Source: Dictyostelium discoideum (lineage: Eukaryota). Taken from it: a stretch of 64,000 nt of DNA. How positions within the stretch are numbered: position 1 is the stretch's first letter; each line of letters opens with the position of its first letter. Shown in pieces: positions 45,462 to 58,936 of the stretch. Where the stretch lies: the NCBI GenBank assembly GCA_000004695.1, contig CM000153.2, positions 1,504,001 through 1,568,000 on the forward strand, read 5' to 3'. The translations under genes were made by a program, and so were the position numbers. The notes beneath the pieces are model-generated. The model had not been told where the DNA came from and ran no database searches. It worked only from the letters and a program-made list of their open reading frames with translations.

Positions 45462-46472
45462 ATGATCAATTCAATATTAATATTAATTGGTATTATTACA
45501 TTAATATTTTTAATAATTAATAATGTAATACCATATTTAATTGTTTTTACAAGTAAAGATCAAGATTTTAAAAAGAAATATGGAAAATGGGCATTAGTAA
45601 CCGGTGGTAGTAGTGGTATTGGTAAATCAATTGCACATAGATTAGCAAGTCAAGGTATTTCATTAATATTAGTTTCAAAAGATGATAATAATTTAAATGA
45701 ATTAATAAATGAATTAAATTTAAAATATAATAATAATAGTTATGATGATGATGATGATGATGATAATTTAAAATTTTTATCAATTAAATTGGATTTCACA
45801 AAATCAGAATCAGTAAAAGAATTAATTTTAAAATTAAAAGAATTTGAATCAAATAAAATTTTAAAAATAAATGAAATTAGAATTTTATTTAATAATGTTG
45901 GTTATGTAACAATGGAAGGATTTAATCAAACTTCATACGATAATGATAAATTAAAAATGATACAATGTAATACATTAACAACTGTTGAATTAACTGATTA
46001 CTTTTATAGAATTTGGATAGAAGATAAAATAAATAATAATAATAATTATAAAAAGAATGGTGTAATTATAATTACATCATCAATTACGTGTGCTTTACCA
46101 TCACCATTTTCAGTAATGTATTCAAGTTGTAAATCATTTTTATCAATTTTTGCAACTTCATTATCATTAGAAGCGAAATTTAATGATATTGATATTTTAG
46201 CTATTCAACCTGGTAAAGTTGATACCAATTTATTTAATAAAACTCCAGATTTATTAATTTTAAAAATTTTAGATTTAATTTCCCAAAAATCTGATGACGT
46301 TGTTGATATAATTTTTAGAATTACTGGAAGATATGGTATTGTAATTTTTAATAGTGGTTTATTTGCTATAATTGCAAATATTGTTTTAAGTTTATTTGGC
46401 ATTAATTTTTTAATTAATTTAACTTTTTTAATTTCAAAATATATTTTAAAAGATTTTTTAATTTTTAAAACA

Positions 46473-46527
<55 letters not shown>

Positions 46528-46559
46528 TTATAAATAAAAATAAAAATAAAATAAATTAA
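45462..46559 (+). CDS. Second tandem SDR paralog (HSD17B12/KAR-like), with a poly-Asp insertion and a poly-Asn C-terminal tail. Single exon.
   Basis: GKWALVTGGSSGIGKSIAHRLASQGISLILVSK, NNVGYVTMEGFNQTSYDNDKLKMIQCNTLT, and YSSCKSF are all near-identical to 44187-45203. A DDDDDDD run and a (AAT)n-encoded N18 tail are present. Confidence 0.85.
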
Positions 46560-46692
46560 TGAACAATACAATGTACATTTTATAAACAATAAAAAAAAAA
46601 AAAGTTTTTATTTTATTTTATTTTTATTTTTTTTTTTGATTAACCAACGTTTTTTCGTGAACCATAAAAAAAAAAAAAAAAAATTTTGGCTC

Positions 46693-46724
<32 letters not shown>

Positions 46725-46806
46725 TTTATTATTATTATTATTATTATTTCTTTTATATTTACATTCTAATATTTATATATATAATATAAATAATTTTTTA
46801 AAAAGA

Positions 46807-49368
46807 ATGTTTCGAATTTGTAAAATAATTAAAAATCCTTATTTTAATTATATACCAAGAGAAGCAGTTCAAACTGTTAAATATTATGATAAAAAAGATG
46901 GTTTAAAAGTTTCATATAAAAGTAAAAGATCAAATTCAACACCAATTTCAAAATCAATTAGAAATGAAATTGGTGATATATCACAAGGTATTAAACAAAG
47001 AGAAATTATTGAAAAATCGATATCAACTTTTAAAAGTGAAGATAAAATTGAGATTGGTGATATAACTCAAGATGGTATTGAGGAAAGAAATTTAATTTTT
47101 GAGACATCATCATCATCATCATTAAAGCCATTATCAGAGTTAGATATTCCAATTAAAAAAAGACTAAAAACCAATTCATCAGAACCATTTTCAATATTAT
47201 CATATAAAGCAGAGATTCTACATCCAAAACCATATACAGACCCAATTAAATTCATAAGAGATGATTATATTAATAAGGAACTTAAAATGATAGATGTTGG
47301 CCTATACCCAATTCAAGAGATACCAGTGAATCAAGCGATTCAAGAAGAAACCGATTCAATTAAAAAGTTAACAAAAACCAATGGAATTGAATATGGTATT
47401 AAAAAATTTCATTCAACTTTAATTGATGAATCATCACCAGATGTAAATATACATGTATTTTCATATTTACTTTCAACCATTTTACAAAATAGATTATTAA
47501 AATTGGGTAAAAGTTTCTTTAAATATTATGTAAATGAATATTATAAACAATATTTACATTCACAACATTTCTTAACTCATTTACGTTTAATTCATGTTAA
47601 CGATGTGAATTCAATTACAACTTTGAATGAAATTTATCAATTCCTATTGGAATCAAATTTAGTTGATTATAAAGTTACACTCATATTCACAACATTTTAT
47701 TTAGAAATTAATAATGAACAATTAGCAATTGAATTATTTAATAATAGTTTTAAAAAATTAGATTTCAATGAAAAAGTGGTAAAAGAAGCAACAAAATTTG
47801 AAGAGAGGGATATAGGTTATTCATGGAACTATAATTTAAATGATAGAATAACTCATTTAAATATACCAATTGTTAAATATGATAAAAATTCTGAAGAAAG
47901 TTCAATGATGATAACTTCAATAAATAAATTATTTTTAGCATCAAATAGAAATTTACAATTTTATAAAATGTTAAGTCAATTCTTTTTAGAGAATGGTATT
48001 ATCACATCGACTACATTGGTTCAGTCGTTGATTGGATTTTCAAATTTAGCAATTTCATCCAACCGTTTCGATATTTTAAATGAGGTTTATCAACCATATA
48101 AAGATAGATTATGCAAAACCACCTCACAAGTGATGGCCATGGTTTACTATTTCGCCGATAGTAGATCATTATTCCAATTAAAAGATTACATTTATTCTCA
48201 ATTCATTTTTAATAATAAAATTATAACATGGAAATTTAGAGAGGATTTATTAAACTATTGGATAGTTTGTTATTTAGAAGTCGATGATTACGGCCAAGCA
48301 TTAAGAGCATCCGATATTAAAGATCACATACAATCAACTATAATACCATCGAAAAACGATAACACTGTTGAAAGAGTAGATTATGATGGTGGTTTATATC
48401 AACCATTTATAGAATTTCATCAATACTATTCAGAGAGAATCATTGATAATTTCATTAGAGATTTTAATATAAATGCTTTAAACTTTTGGAAATTGAAAAG
48501 ACATCATTTCATAAAAGCTAAAGGTGACATATTTAAAAAGAATAATATTAAACATCCTTCTTCAACTCATTCTAGAAATGTTCCAAAACCTTCACAATTT
48601 AAATACTCCCCATTAGGCATTAAACAATTCACTAGAAATACTGATAATTTAATGTACATCATAAAAGATAAATATACATTATATAAAGATCCAACTTGTC
48701 ATATAAATAGAAAATATAAAATTGAATTATCAAAATTATTATCAATGATTTATAATAATTTAAATTATAATGGTTTGAATAATTTCGATATAAATAAAAA
48801 TAATAATAATGATAATGAATTAATAAATTTAAGTGAAAATGAAAAATTAGAAAATTTTAAAGAATTTTTTAAAGAATTAGGAGAACAACCAAGTGAATTA
48901 ATAGGTGAAAAGAAATTAACAAGTTCATTTTATTATAGAGTACCACATTCAACTAGATTTATAGCATTAATTCAACATTTTAGAACAATGTTTTTAACAA
49001 CTAAAAAAAATCAATTAAATTACGATCATGGTAAACTTGAAGATTATTTTAAATTAATTGCACCATTCACTGGTAAATTAAAAGAATTATTAACAGTTCC
49101 AAACGATTGGTATCTGTATTTATATTCAAATCCAACTGTACAATCTTTAAATTTAATGACAGAATGTTTATCACCTTCAGTTTATAAATCTGCTGATTTC
49201 TATAACCTTTGGTTACATAAAATTTCAGAATTAAAAAAACCAAATTATATTGAATTAACTTTAAAATTAATTAAATTCATGCTTGATAATTCAATACCAA
49301 TTTATAAAAAACCATTAATACTTTTTACATCTTTTTTATTTAACTCAAATCAACCAATAGAATTTTTA

Positions 49369-49432
<64 letters not shown>

Positions 49433-50172
49433 TAATTGAAAATTCAAATTATTTAGAACAATCACCAATTTTAAAATTATTAAATGATATTGAAAGTTTA
49501 AATTGTTGGTTAGAATATGATATTTTAAAAATTTTGAAATTAAAACTTACAATTTTCCCAAATAATGATTTTTTAAATAATAAAAATTGTTTAGATAAAG
49601 ATTTATTAATTAAAGCTTATAAGGAAGCTTCAAAACTCGTTGTAAAAACACCAGAATTAATAGAATTAAAAGTTCAATTGATTAGTAGAATTTATCCAAT
49701 ACCACCAATTTCCAATTTTCAATATTGGTTAGACGTTGGTAAAAATTTAGAAGGTGAATTAAAGGATATTTGGGTTCTTTCAGTTTGTCAAAACTTATCA
49801 CGTCAAGGTCAATTTGATCAATTAACTAAATTTTTAGATTCCAATAAACAGTATATCGCCTCTCTACCAATTCCATTGATAAGTGATCTCTTTAAACCTT
49901 TACCACCAATTAAACAAGCCACCTATTTGTCAAATCATATTAAAATGTTTACTTTTTATAAACCAATCTTTGTAGATTATGTAAAACATTTGAAAATAAA
50001 ACTATTAACTTCTGTTGAAGATGGTGGTTGTGGTGTTACTCCCTCAGATTATTTACAACATTTCTCAAATTTAGATTTAATAATTTCAAAAGAACGTACT
50101 GTCCCAATAAATGAAAATATAGATTTCGATGGATTTATATCTGTATTCTCTAAAATTTATTTAAATAAATAA
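46807..50172 (+). CDS. Large hypothetical protein of about 1121 aa. It is N/K/I/L-rich and probably helical-repeat. I recognised no conserved catalytic motif.
   Basis: The long continuous ORF reaches back to 46636, but its first 57 codons translate a poly-A / poly-T promoter tract. The first plausible initiator is MFRICKIIKNPYFNYIPREAVQTVKYY at 46807. There is an internal (AAT)n poly-N tract and no internal stops. Confidence 0.55.
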
Positions 50173-50206
50173 AAATTTAAATATTTAAATATTAATTATA
50201 ATAAAA

Positions 50207-50245
<39 letters not shown>

Positions 50246-50447
50246 AAACTAGTTTTTATACATTTAATTATTAAATTTTTTTTTTTTTTTTTTTTTTAAT
50301 ACCTCTTCCACATGTCCAACTATTTTTTTTTATTAATTTAATCAATAAAAATTAAAAAAGTTTATGTTTTTTTTATTTATTAAATAATAATTATTAATTA
50401 TTAAAAAGTTTTAATTTATAATTTTTAAAAAGATAACAATTATGTGT

Positions 50448-52063
50448 TTATCTTTTAGTTAATTTAATTGAAAATTCTTTTGGATTTATTGAAACACCAA
50501 ATACTTCATTATCATCAATTATTTGATTATTTATTGAACTTAATTCAAAATTTAAAAGTATATTACTACAAACTGAATATATTGAAGATTTTGCAATTGC
50601 CATACCAACACAATTTCTTGGTCCTAATGAAAATGGATTTGATACTTTTTCTAAATCATCAAAAAATTCTAAATTACTTGATTCACTACTATCAATTGAA
50701 TTTTTATTATTTACTTGTTGTTGTTGTTGTTGTTGTTTTTGTTGTTGTTGATTTTTATAATTTATCCATCTTTCTGGTTTAAATTGATCAGGTTCAGAAA
50801 CTAATAAATTGCCCATTCCAAATATATTTAAAAGTATTTGAGTACCTTTTGGTATGAACATACCATTACTTAAATAAGTATCATCAATTGAAATTCTTGG
50901 TAAACCAAGTGGTCCAGGTGAACGAATACGGAAAACTTCTTTAATAATTGAAATAAAGTATGGACAATTTTCAATATGATTTGATGTTACAAATTTACAA
51001 TCTTTACCAACCACACTTATTAATTCTTGATATGCTTTCTTTTGAACATCTGGATTATTAATTAAATAAAGGCAAAACCATTCTTGAGTTGCTTTTTGTG
51101 TATCTGAACCTGCCAATAGGAAATCCATTCCGACCAATATTACTGTCTCTTTTTCTCTACCTTGACTTGCAATTATTAGTTGATCCAATAAATCTTTTGG
51201 TTCATTATAATCCAAATCTAATAAATGTTGATCATAAATCTCTTCCATGAAATAATAAATATCAAAAATATATTTTTTATATTGTTTATTTGAAAAATAA
51301 AAAAATGGTGATAAAAACCAAAGGAAATCATCAACTTTACCAACTTTTTTAAATGCTTCATTAAATGGAATTGTTAATCTTTCCATTGTGCCTTTATTAA
51401 TACTTTCATTCTTTCCAATTTCTTTACTAAATAACATACTTAGTATTATATTTAATGAATATTTTGTTAAATATTTTCTTGGATGAAACTAAAAATGAAA
51501 AAATATATATTAATATATTAATATATTAATATGTTAATATGTTAATAATAATAATAAAAATAATAATTATTTACCAATTCATTTTTATTTGAAAATTCAT
51601 TCATTGACTCTATTAAATTTTCAGTTTGTTTTTCAATTAAATTATTAAAAGTTTTAATTTTTGTTTTTGTTAATGCTGATGATACTAATTTTCTAGTTTT
51701 TTGCCATTGATCATAATCTGCAAATGCTAAACCTTTAAAATTTGTAATTACTCTAATACTTTTTGGCTGTGGTCTATTTGCAAAGTTTTTAAATTGTTTA
51801 ATAGTTACATCTTTAAATGCACTTACATCAGTGATAACAACTGTTTTTGAATCACCAATATGAAGTGAATAAACTCCACCATAAACTTTTGCTAATTCTG
51901 TTAATGATCTATGTGGATTTAAACTTAATTTATGTAAATGTCCAATAATTGGTAATGCCCATGGTGATGGTGGGTCATTAAAACTTATTCTACGATTCTT
52001 TCTTATAAAATCAAATACTATCCAAAATAAAATAAAATATAAAATTAAATTAATTAAATTCAT
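50448..52063 (-). CDS. Cytochrome P450 monooxygenase. Two exons on the minus strand: 51575-52063 and 50448-51488.
   Basis: N-terminal membrane anchor then PPSPWALPIIGHLHKL. Exon 1 ends ...NEL at a GTAAAT donor in phase 0. Exon 2 follows cattttag and reads FHPRKYLTKYSLNIILSMLFSKEI... The heme-binding signature is FSLGPRNCVGMAIAKSS (FxxGxRxCxG), preceded by the EVFRIRSPGP (ExxR / PERW-like) region. A poly-Q insert (CAA)n lies near the heme loop. Confidence 0.85.
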
Positions 52064-52316
52064 ATTTATTTATTTATTTATTTTTAATAAAAAAAGTTTA
52101 ATAATAAATTTAATCAAAAAAAAAAAAAAAAAAAAAAAAAGGTAAAATTGATGGTTTGAAAAAAAAAAAAAAATAAAAAAATAACAAAAAAAATAAAAAA
52201 AAAAAATGTTGTAAATTGGGATTTTATTTTTTTAAATATTGATATTTGGGTTTAATGTTTTTATCAATACTATCTCACCTTTTTTTCTCTATCCTGCAAA
52301 ATTATTAAACCAAAAT

Positions 52317-52363
<47 letters not shown>

Positions 52364-52684
52364 TATTTTAAAATGATTTAATTTTATTCATTTTTAATTT
52401 AAATTTAGTATAGATAAATAGAGCACTCAAAAATACAAAATCATATAAAATATAAAAAAAAATGAAAGTAATCATTCCATTTTGAAATTTTTTTTTTTTT
52501 TTTTAATTAAAAAAAAGTTTATTTTTAGAATTTTATTATTTTATCACTCTTTATTTGTTTTTTTTTTTAAAAAAATAGATTTAAAAAGAAAAATCTAAAA
52601 AAAAAAATTTTGATTTGATTGAATTTACAAATTTAGAAAAGAATAATTTTATTTTTATTTTTATTTTTAAATTTAAAATTATTT

Positions 52685-53407
52685 TTACCATTTTTCAGTA
52701 TGTGGTCTAATATCAATTTCATGAGTCCAAGCAGATTTATCTTGAGAATAAAGAGAGAAATAAGTTGAAGCTATAGCGTCAGGATCAATCCAATTTTCCT
52801 TTGGTCTTGAAGAATAATCTCTATTGATATCAACATAACCATCAATGATGACATGAGAAACATGGACACCCTTTGGATAAGATTCACGAGCTAATGATTG
52901 AGCAAAACCACGTAATGCAAATTTACTTGAAGCAAATAAACCAAACGAAGCGCCACCTCTTAATGAAGCAGTTGCACCAGTGAAAATGATTGTACCATTT
53001 TGTTGTCCATACATTTCACTTAAAACTTGTTGACTTGTTAAGAATGCACCCAAACAACTTGCTTTCCAAGCATTTTGAAAATCATTTACATCGGTTTTCT
53101 CGACTGAAACTGCCTTGAATGATGCTGATGCATTATAGATTAATACATCGATTGGTCTACCATTGATTTTTGATCTAATCTCTTTGAATCCCTTTTCAAC
53201 TGATTCTGCATTAGTTGCATCCATTTCAACTGCAAATGATCCTGTATCACCAAACTTTTTTTGAATAGTTTGAACAAATGGTTCTAATTTCTCTTTATTT
53301 CTACTAACCAATGCAACTGAAAATCCTTCTTTTGCAAATTTCTCTGCAACTCCAAATCCAATACCTTTACCAACTCCAATAACACAACAAACTTTTTTAA
53401 TTGACAT
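52685..53407 (-). CDS. Classical short-chain dehydrogenase/reductase family protein of 240 aa, single exon. It has an atypical FxxxK in place of the catalytic YxxxK.
   Basis: Rossmann motif CCVIGVGKGIGFGVAEKFAKEGFSVALVSR. NASA (the NNAG-like motif). The active-site region reads TGATASLRGGASFGLFASSKFALRGF, i.e. FASSK where SDRs normally have YxxSK. Confidence 0.85.
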   Translation of the reverse strand: MSIKKVCCVIGVGKGIGFGVAEKFAKEGFSVALVSRNKEKLEPFVQTIQKKFGDTGSFAVEMDATNAESVEKGFKEIRSKINGRPIDVLIYNASASFKAVSVEKTDVNDFQNAWKASCLGAFLTSQQVLSEMYGQQNGTIIFTGATASLRGGASFGLFASSKFALRGFAQSLARESYPKGVHVSHVIIDGYVDINRDYSSRPKENWIDPDAIASTYFSLYSQDKSAWTHEIDIRPHTEKW

Positions 53408-53532
53408 ATTTTTTTTTTTTTTTTTTTTTAAAAAATTTATTTAATGGTAATAATATTTATTTATGAATGAAATTATTTTATTTTTATTTTTATTTTTACT
53501 TTTTTTTTTTTTTTACAACAGTGTGTGTTCAA

Positions 53533-53586
<54 letters not shown>

Positions 53587-53989
53587 ATAAATAAAAATTT
53601 AAAAAAATTAAATCAAATGTTTTTGGGACAAAAAAAAAAGAATAACAAAAATAGATTATGTCATTTTTTTTTTTTTTAGATTAAAAAAAATATCTAGCAA
53701 ATTAAATTAAAATAAAAAAAAGAACCATTTTATCTAATTTGAAATTTATGGGTTTTTATGGAAGCTTTTCAAAAAAAAAAAAAAAAAATAAAAAATAAAA
53801 AAAATAAAAAAAAAAAAATTAAAATAATAGTAAAAAAAAATAAATAATTTTATCATAAAAAAAAATAGTGTAATTTTATTATTGAATTTAAAAAATAAAA
53901 TAAAATAAAATAAAACAAAATAAATTAATATTTTTGAATAATAAAAACTTAAAAAATTCTAATTTATCTTTGAAATTTTTTGTATCTTC

Positions 53990-54020
<31 letters not shown>

Positions 54021-54361
54021 TAATTAATTACATTCATTTTATAGTGAAAAAAAAAAAAAAATATATATATATATATCATAAATACGACAAATAAAATAAA
54101 TCAAAAATAAAAACAAAACAATTAAAAAATAATAAAAAATAATAAAAAAAATAATAAAGTACGAAATATGCTGTGTCTAATTTTTTTTTTTTTTTTTTTT
54201 TTATTGTGTAAAAGCTATGTAAAAATTTTACACAAATTTCAGTTGGCGAATTTTTTTTTTTTTCAATTTTTTTTTTTTTTGTCGTTTTTTGAAACTCAAC
54301 CAAGCTTTGGTTAAATTTTTTTTTTTTTCTTTTTTTCTTCCTTTAGTAACATATCGTCAAA

Positions 54362-54717
54362 ATGTCAGCTGTTGCCCCACAAAAAAACGTAGTTCAAACC
54401 CACGGTAAAAAAAGGTGGGTCATCATATTATATTCTTAAATACATTTGTATAACAAGGATTATGATGTTAGGGGCTTAGGCAAAGATATTGATTATGTAG
54501 TGAATGGATTTAAAAATATTTTTATCAATAATAAAAATAAAATTAATATTTTAGATTATAGAGCTTTTAAAAATTTTGTATTGGTCCATTACAATCAATA
54601 ATTTGCTCTTTCTATTAATTATTTATTTCTTATTTTTTGAAAAACAAAATATTTAAACTTTTCATGGACGACTGAATTAAGTCCTACATGATAGTTTGTT
54701 CATTTAAATATTATAAA

Positions 54718-54749
<32 letters not shown>

Positions 54750-55293
54750 TTTTAAAACTTCTACCACTACTATAATATCATTACTTTGAATCCTAAGCTA
54801 CCTTACATCATGATCCTGAGTTATTTTTTAATTTTTCTATTTTTTTCTGAATATTTTTAATTAACTTTTACATTTTTATATTTTAAATTAATAATTCAAC
54901 AGAACCGCCGTCGCTGTTGCTTATGCTACCAACGGTAAAGGTTTAATCAAAGTTAATGGTGTCCCATTAGAATTCATCCAACCAAAGAACTTAAAATTAA
55001 AAGTTTACGAACCAGTCTTAATTGTTGGTAAAGATGTTTTCTCACAAGTTGATATCCGTGTTAGAGTCAGAGGTGGTGGTTCAGTCGCTCAAATCTACGC
55101 CATCAGACAAGCTATCGCTAAATCAATCGTTGCTTATCACCAAAAATACGTTGATGAAGAATCCAAAAATGAAATCAAAAAGAAAATCTTAGATTACGAC
55201 AGATCTCTCTTAGTTGCTGATCCACGTAGATGTGAACCAAAGAAATTTGGTGGTCGTGGTGCCAGAGCCAGATTCCAAAAATCATACCGTTAA
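54362..55293 (+). CDS. rps16: 40S ribosomal protein S16 (uS9). Two exons: 54362-54414 and 54903-55293.
   Basis: Exon 1 reads [17 protein letters not shown] plus AG, with a GTGGGT donor in phase 2. Exon 2 follows ttcaacag and reads (R)[27 protein letters not shown]...[38 protein letters not shown]...[32 protein letters not shown]. It is near-identical in pattern to human RPS16. Confidence 0.92.
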
Positions 55294-55577
55294 TCTCTCA
55301 AATTATCAGTATGTTTTCAACCTTTTTTCGTATCTTTACAATTTGTATATAATAAAGATTCGTTTATTGGAATTTCAAAAAAAAAAAATTTTTATTCTTT
55401 TTCTTATTGTGTTATTATATTTTTTAAACTTATTTATAAAACTTAATCTGTTAAAACACATTAATTTTAATTTGGAATTAATTTGAAAATAATATTAGAA
55501 ATGATACGTTTTTTTTTTTTTTTTTTTTTTTTTTTTTCTTTTCTAAACACTTTTTTTTTTTTTATTTATTAATTTTT

Positions 55578-56046
55578 TTAGATTAAAATTATTGATATAC
55601 AAATAATTAAAATTATAAAATAATAATTTTGTATTTTATTTGTATTTCCAAATGAAGTTGGGAAATGAATTGGTGATTTTGGACCAAGTCCTATAATCCT
55701 ATTTTTATCATGATCATCATAACCATCAATTACTGAAGCATGAACAATGTAACCTCTTGAAGTTGATGAATAATTTTGAATTTTATTTTTACAAACATAT
55801 GCATTGAAAGTTTCATTATTTTCATCATCGATTGTATAATTGTAAGGATTATCATAATATGTACCATCAAAATTATTACAATGTTTAATATTATATCCAA
55901 GTGCTGAACAATCTAATAACCACCTATAAACACATGTTTTTTTTAAAATTCCAAAATGAAAAATTGGTTTATATTCACAAGTTGACCTTTTTTTATTTAT
56001 TTATTATTTATTTTTTAAATTAGTTTAATTAATTTTATAATGAGTA

Positions 56047-56135
<89 letters not shown>

Positions 56136-56556
56136 ATATTTTTATTATTATTATTATTATACTTTACGTGCTATACTCTGATAAAACACAATGATTTGAT
56201 TCATCATAATCAAAATTTTCAATTTTAATATAATCTAAAATGAAATTATCACTACAGATACCAACTTTTGTTTTAAATAATTTTCTTGCTTTTAATGGGT
56301 CTGGATTTTTATAGTTATTGGTATAATTACATGTGATTGAATTTAAATCATCACCATTACATTCAAATAATATATCAACAATTTCACTATAAACTATTTT
56401 TTCATAAACTGCTAAAAATTCAATTGATTCACCTGTACAATTTTGATTGGCATAAAGTTTTAAAACAAACATATAGCCATTATCACACTTTATTAATTTA
56501 ATATTTAAAATTGAAATAAAAAATAAAAAATAAAATATACTAATCAAGAATTTCAT
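55578..56556 (-). CDS. Small secreted, probably GPI-anchored, cysteine-containing protein. Two exons on the minus strand: 56168-56556 and 55578-55923.
   Basis: Exon 1 has the signal peptide MKFLISIFYFLFFISILNIKLIKC and ends ...SEYS at a GTAAAG donor in phase 2. The 244-bp intron is dominated by (TAA)n. Exon 2 follows tgtttatag and reads (T)WLLDCSALGYNIKHCNNFDGTYYDNPYNY...GPKSPIHFPTSFGNTNKIQNYYFIILIICISIILI*. That is a hydrophilic spacer plus a C-terminal hydrophobic tail, typical of a GPI signal. I recognised no homology. Confidence 0.5.
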
Positions 56557-57009
56557 TGTGTAATTACTCTGTGTGGTTATTATTGTAATTTGTATTTTTA
56601 ATATTTTTTATTTTTAATTACTTATAAATTTAATATATAGAAACAAAATGGATAATAATAATAAAAAAAAAAAAAAACCAAAATAATTTTAAAATATTTT
56701 AAAATAATACAAAAAAAAAAGTTGTACAGAATTAAAAAGTTGAAAAAAAAAAAACATTATTATTATGATCTAAAAATAGGGAGTAGTGGTTTTTTTTATT
56801 TCAAGAACATTTTTGATCTAATTTTATATTTTTAATTTTTTTTAATTTTTTTATTTGGGGTAGGTCTTGTTCAACCTCGATTTCACAAAAAAAAAAAAAA
56901 AAAAAAAAAAAAACATTATAATTTTCTTTTTTTATTTCTTTAATATATAGAAACAAAATGGATTATAACAATGATAAAAAAAAACATTGTAATTTTCTTT
57001 TTTTATTTC

Positions 57010-57043
<34 letters not shown>

Positions 57044-57542
57044 TGGAAATATGAATTAATTGTAAATAATACAGCACAATATTTTAATTATAATTTTTTA
57101 AAAATACATTAAATTTTAATTAAAATATTTACAACAAAAAAAAAAAAAAAGTTAATAAACCAATATCTTTTTTTTTTTTTTTTTTTTTGAGTTTTTTTTT
57201 TTTGTCATTTTATAAAAAAAAAATGTCTGATTCAAAAAAACATTTAATGGCCAACAGAATTTAATTAAATATATTATTGTAATAAAAGGAATTATTAACC
57301 ATTTTTTAAAATAATTTTAAAATATCATATCATTAAATTTGATATTGTTTCAACCAATCGTTCAACCATATAATTATAATTAACAATAAACCAAAATCAA
57401 TTAAACAAACAAAAATAATTAAAATTTAATAAATTTCATATATTTTTTTATTTTATTTATTAACAAAATGAATTCAACAAAAAATTAAAAAGAAAAAAAG
57501 AGATAAATATTTTTCAAAGTTAAATTTTTATTATTACAATAA

Positions 57543-57585
<43 letters not shown>

Positions 57586-57787
57586 AAAAATTTTATTTTT
57601 TGCGAAATTTACTTTTATTTTTAAAAAAACAAAAAAAACAGCGATAAAAGTGTCAGATACTAAAAAAACAAAAAAATAAAAAAATAAAAAAAATATAAAT
57701 AATAATAAAAAAAAAAAAAAAAAAAAAAGAAAGAAAGAAATAAATAAATAGTGATAAATAAATAAAAATTTTTAAAAAATAAAATAA

Positions 57788-57819
<32 letters not shown>

Positions 57820-57846
57820 ATATAAAAATAAAATTAAACCAAACCA

Positions 57847-58691
57847 ATGTTTGTTTTACAAATTCATAGTGTAACATTTTATAATTCATCGACACAAACT
57901 AAATCGAGAAATGTATTTTTAGATATATCAAATGAAAATCAACCATCAAGAAGATATTTTGTAGGTAGATTTTCAACATCATCAACAAAGTCATGTGAGT
58001 CAATAATTCATATTTCAAAAACACCAATTACAGTGCACTTATCATATGGTCCATTAATGTATCATGATTTAGGTCCACAAACAATCTATGATTTCTTGTA
58101 TGAAGATAAAAAGAATTTAGGTCAAAAAAAGGTATATAAATTAATAAACTATTATAATATTAATAACAATAAATAATAATAAATAATAAATTATTAATTG
58201 TTGTTGTTGTTGATCAACAATATATGTGTGTTTATATAGTTTTTAACATTTGGAAGAAGAGGACCATTATATCATGTTTGTTATTCTATTCAACCAGTTA
58301 AATATTCATATGGATTTTCATTAAGTAGAATAAGTTGTTTAAAACAAATTACATCATACAAAGATCAATTATATGCAGAGGTAGAGTTTAATCATAGTAC
58401 TCAAAGTATTGGACCTGGTCCAACAAATAGATATCATTTAGGTAGTTTTGTTTCTCATGATGTAACTGATATTCATTCTGTTCACAATTGTAAGTTTATA
58501 ATTTATTAATCATCTATGTATATATATAAAACCTTCTAATATAATTTCAATTTTAACAAATTAAAAAAATAATAATTGTTATAGTATCGTTTCAGAGTTT
58601 AGTTAATTTTGTTTTAACATTTTATATAAAAACATCAACAGCTGAATATGTATTGGGAACTTTAAAATTTACACCAATTTATGAAATGCCA

Positions 58692-58749
<58 letters not shown>

Positions 58750-58905
58750 GTACCAGTAGCAGTAGCAGTATTAGTAGTAATAATAAATCATCACCAACAT
58801 TACCACCAATTTTAACAACAAATAATGTAAAAAATACTAGTAATAATAATAATAATAAAAATATTTATTTACCAAAGGATTTAAAAATAACGCCAATTGG
58901 TAATA

Positions 58906-58936
<31 letters not shown>

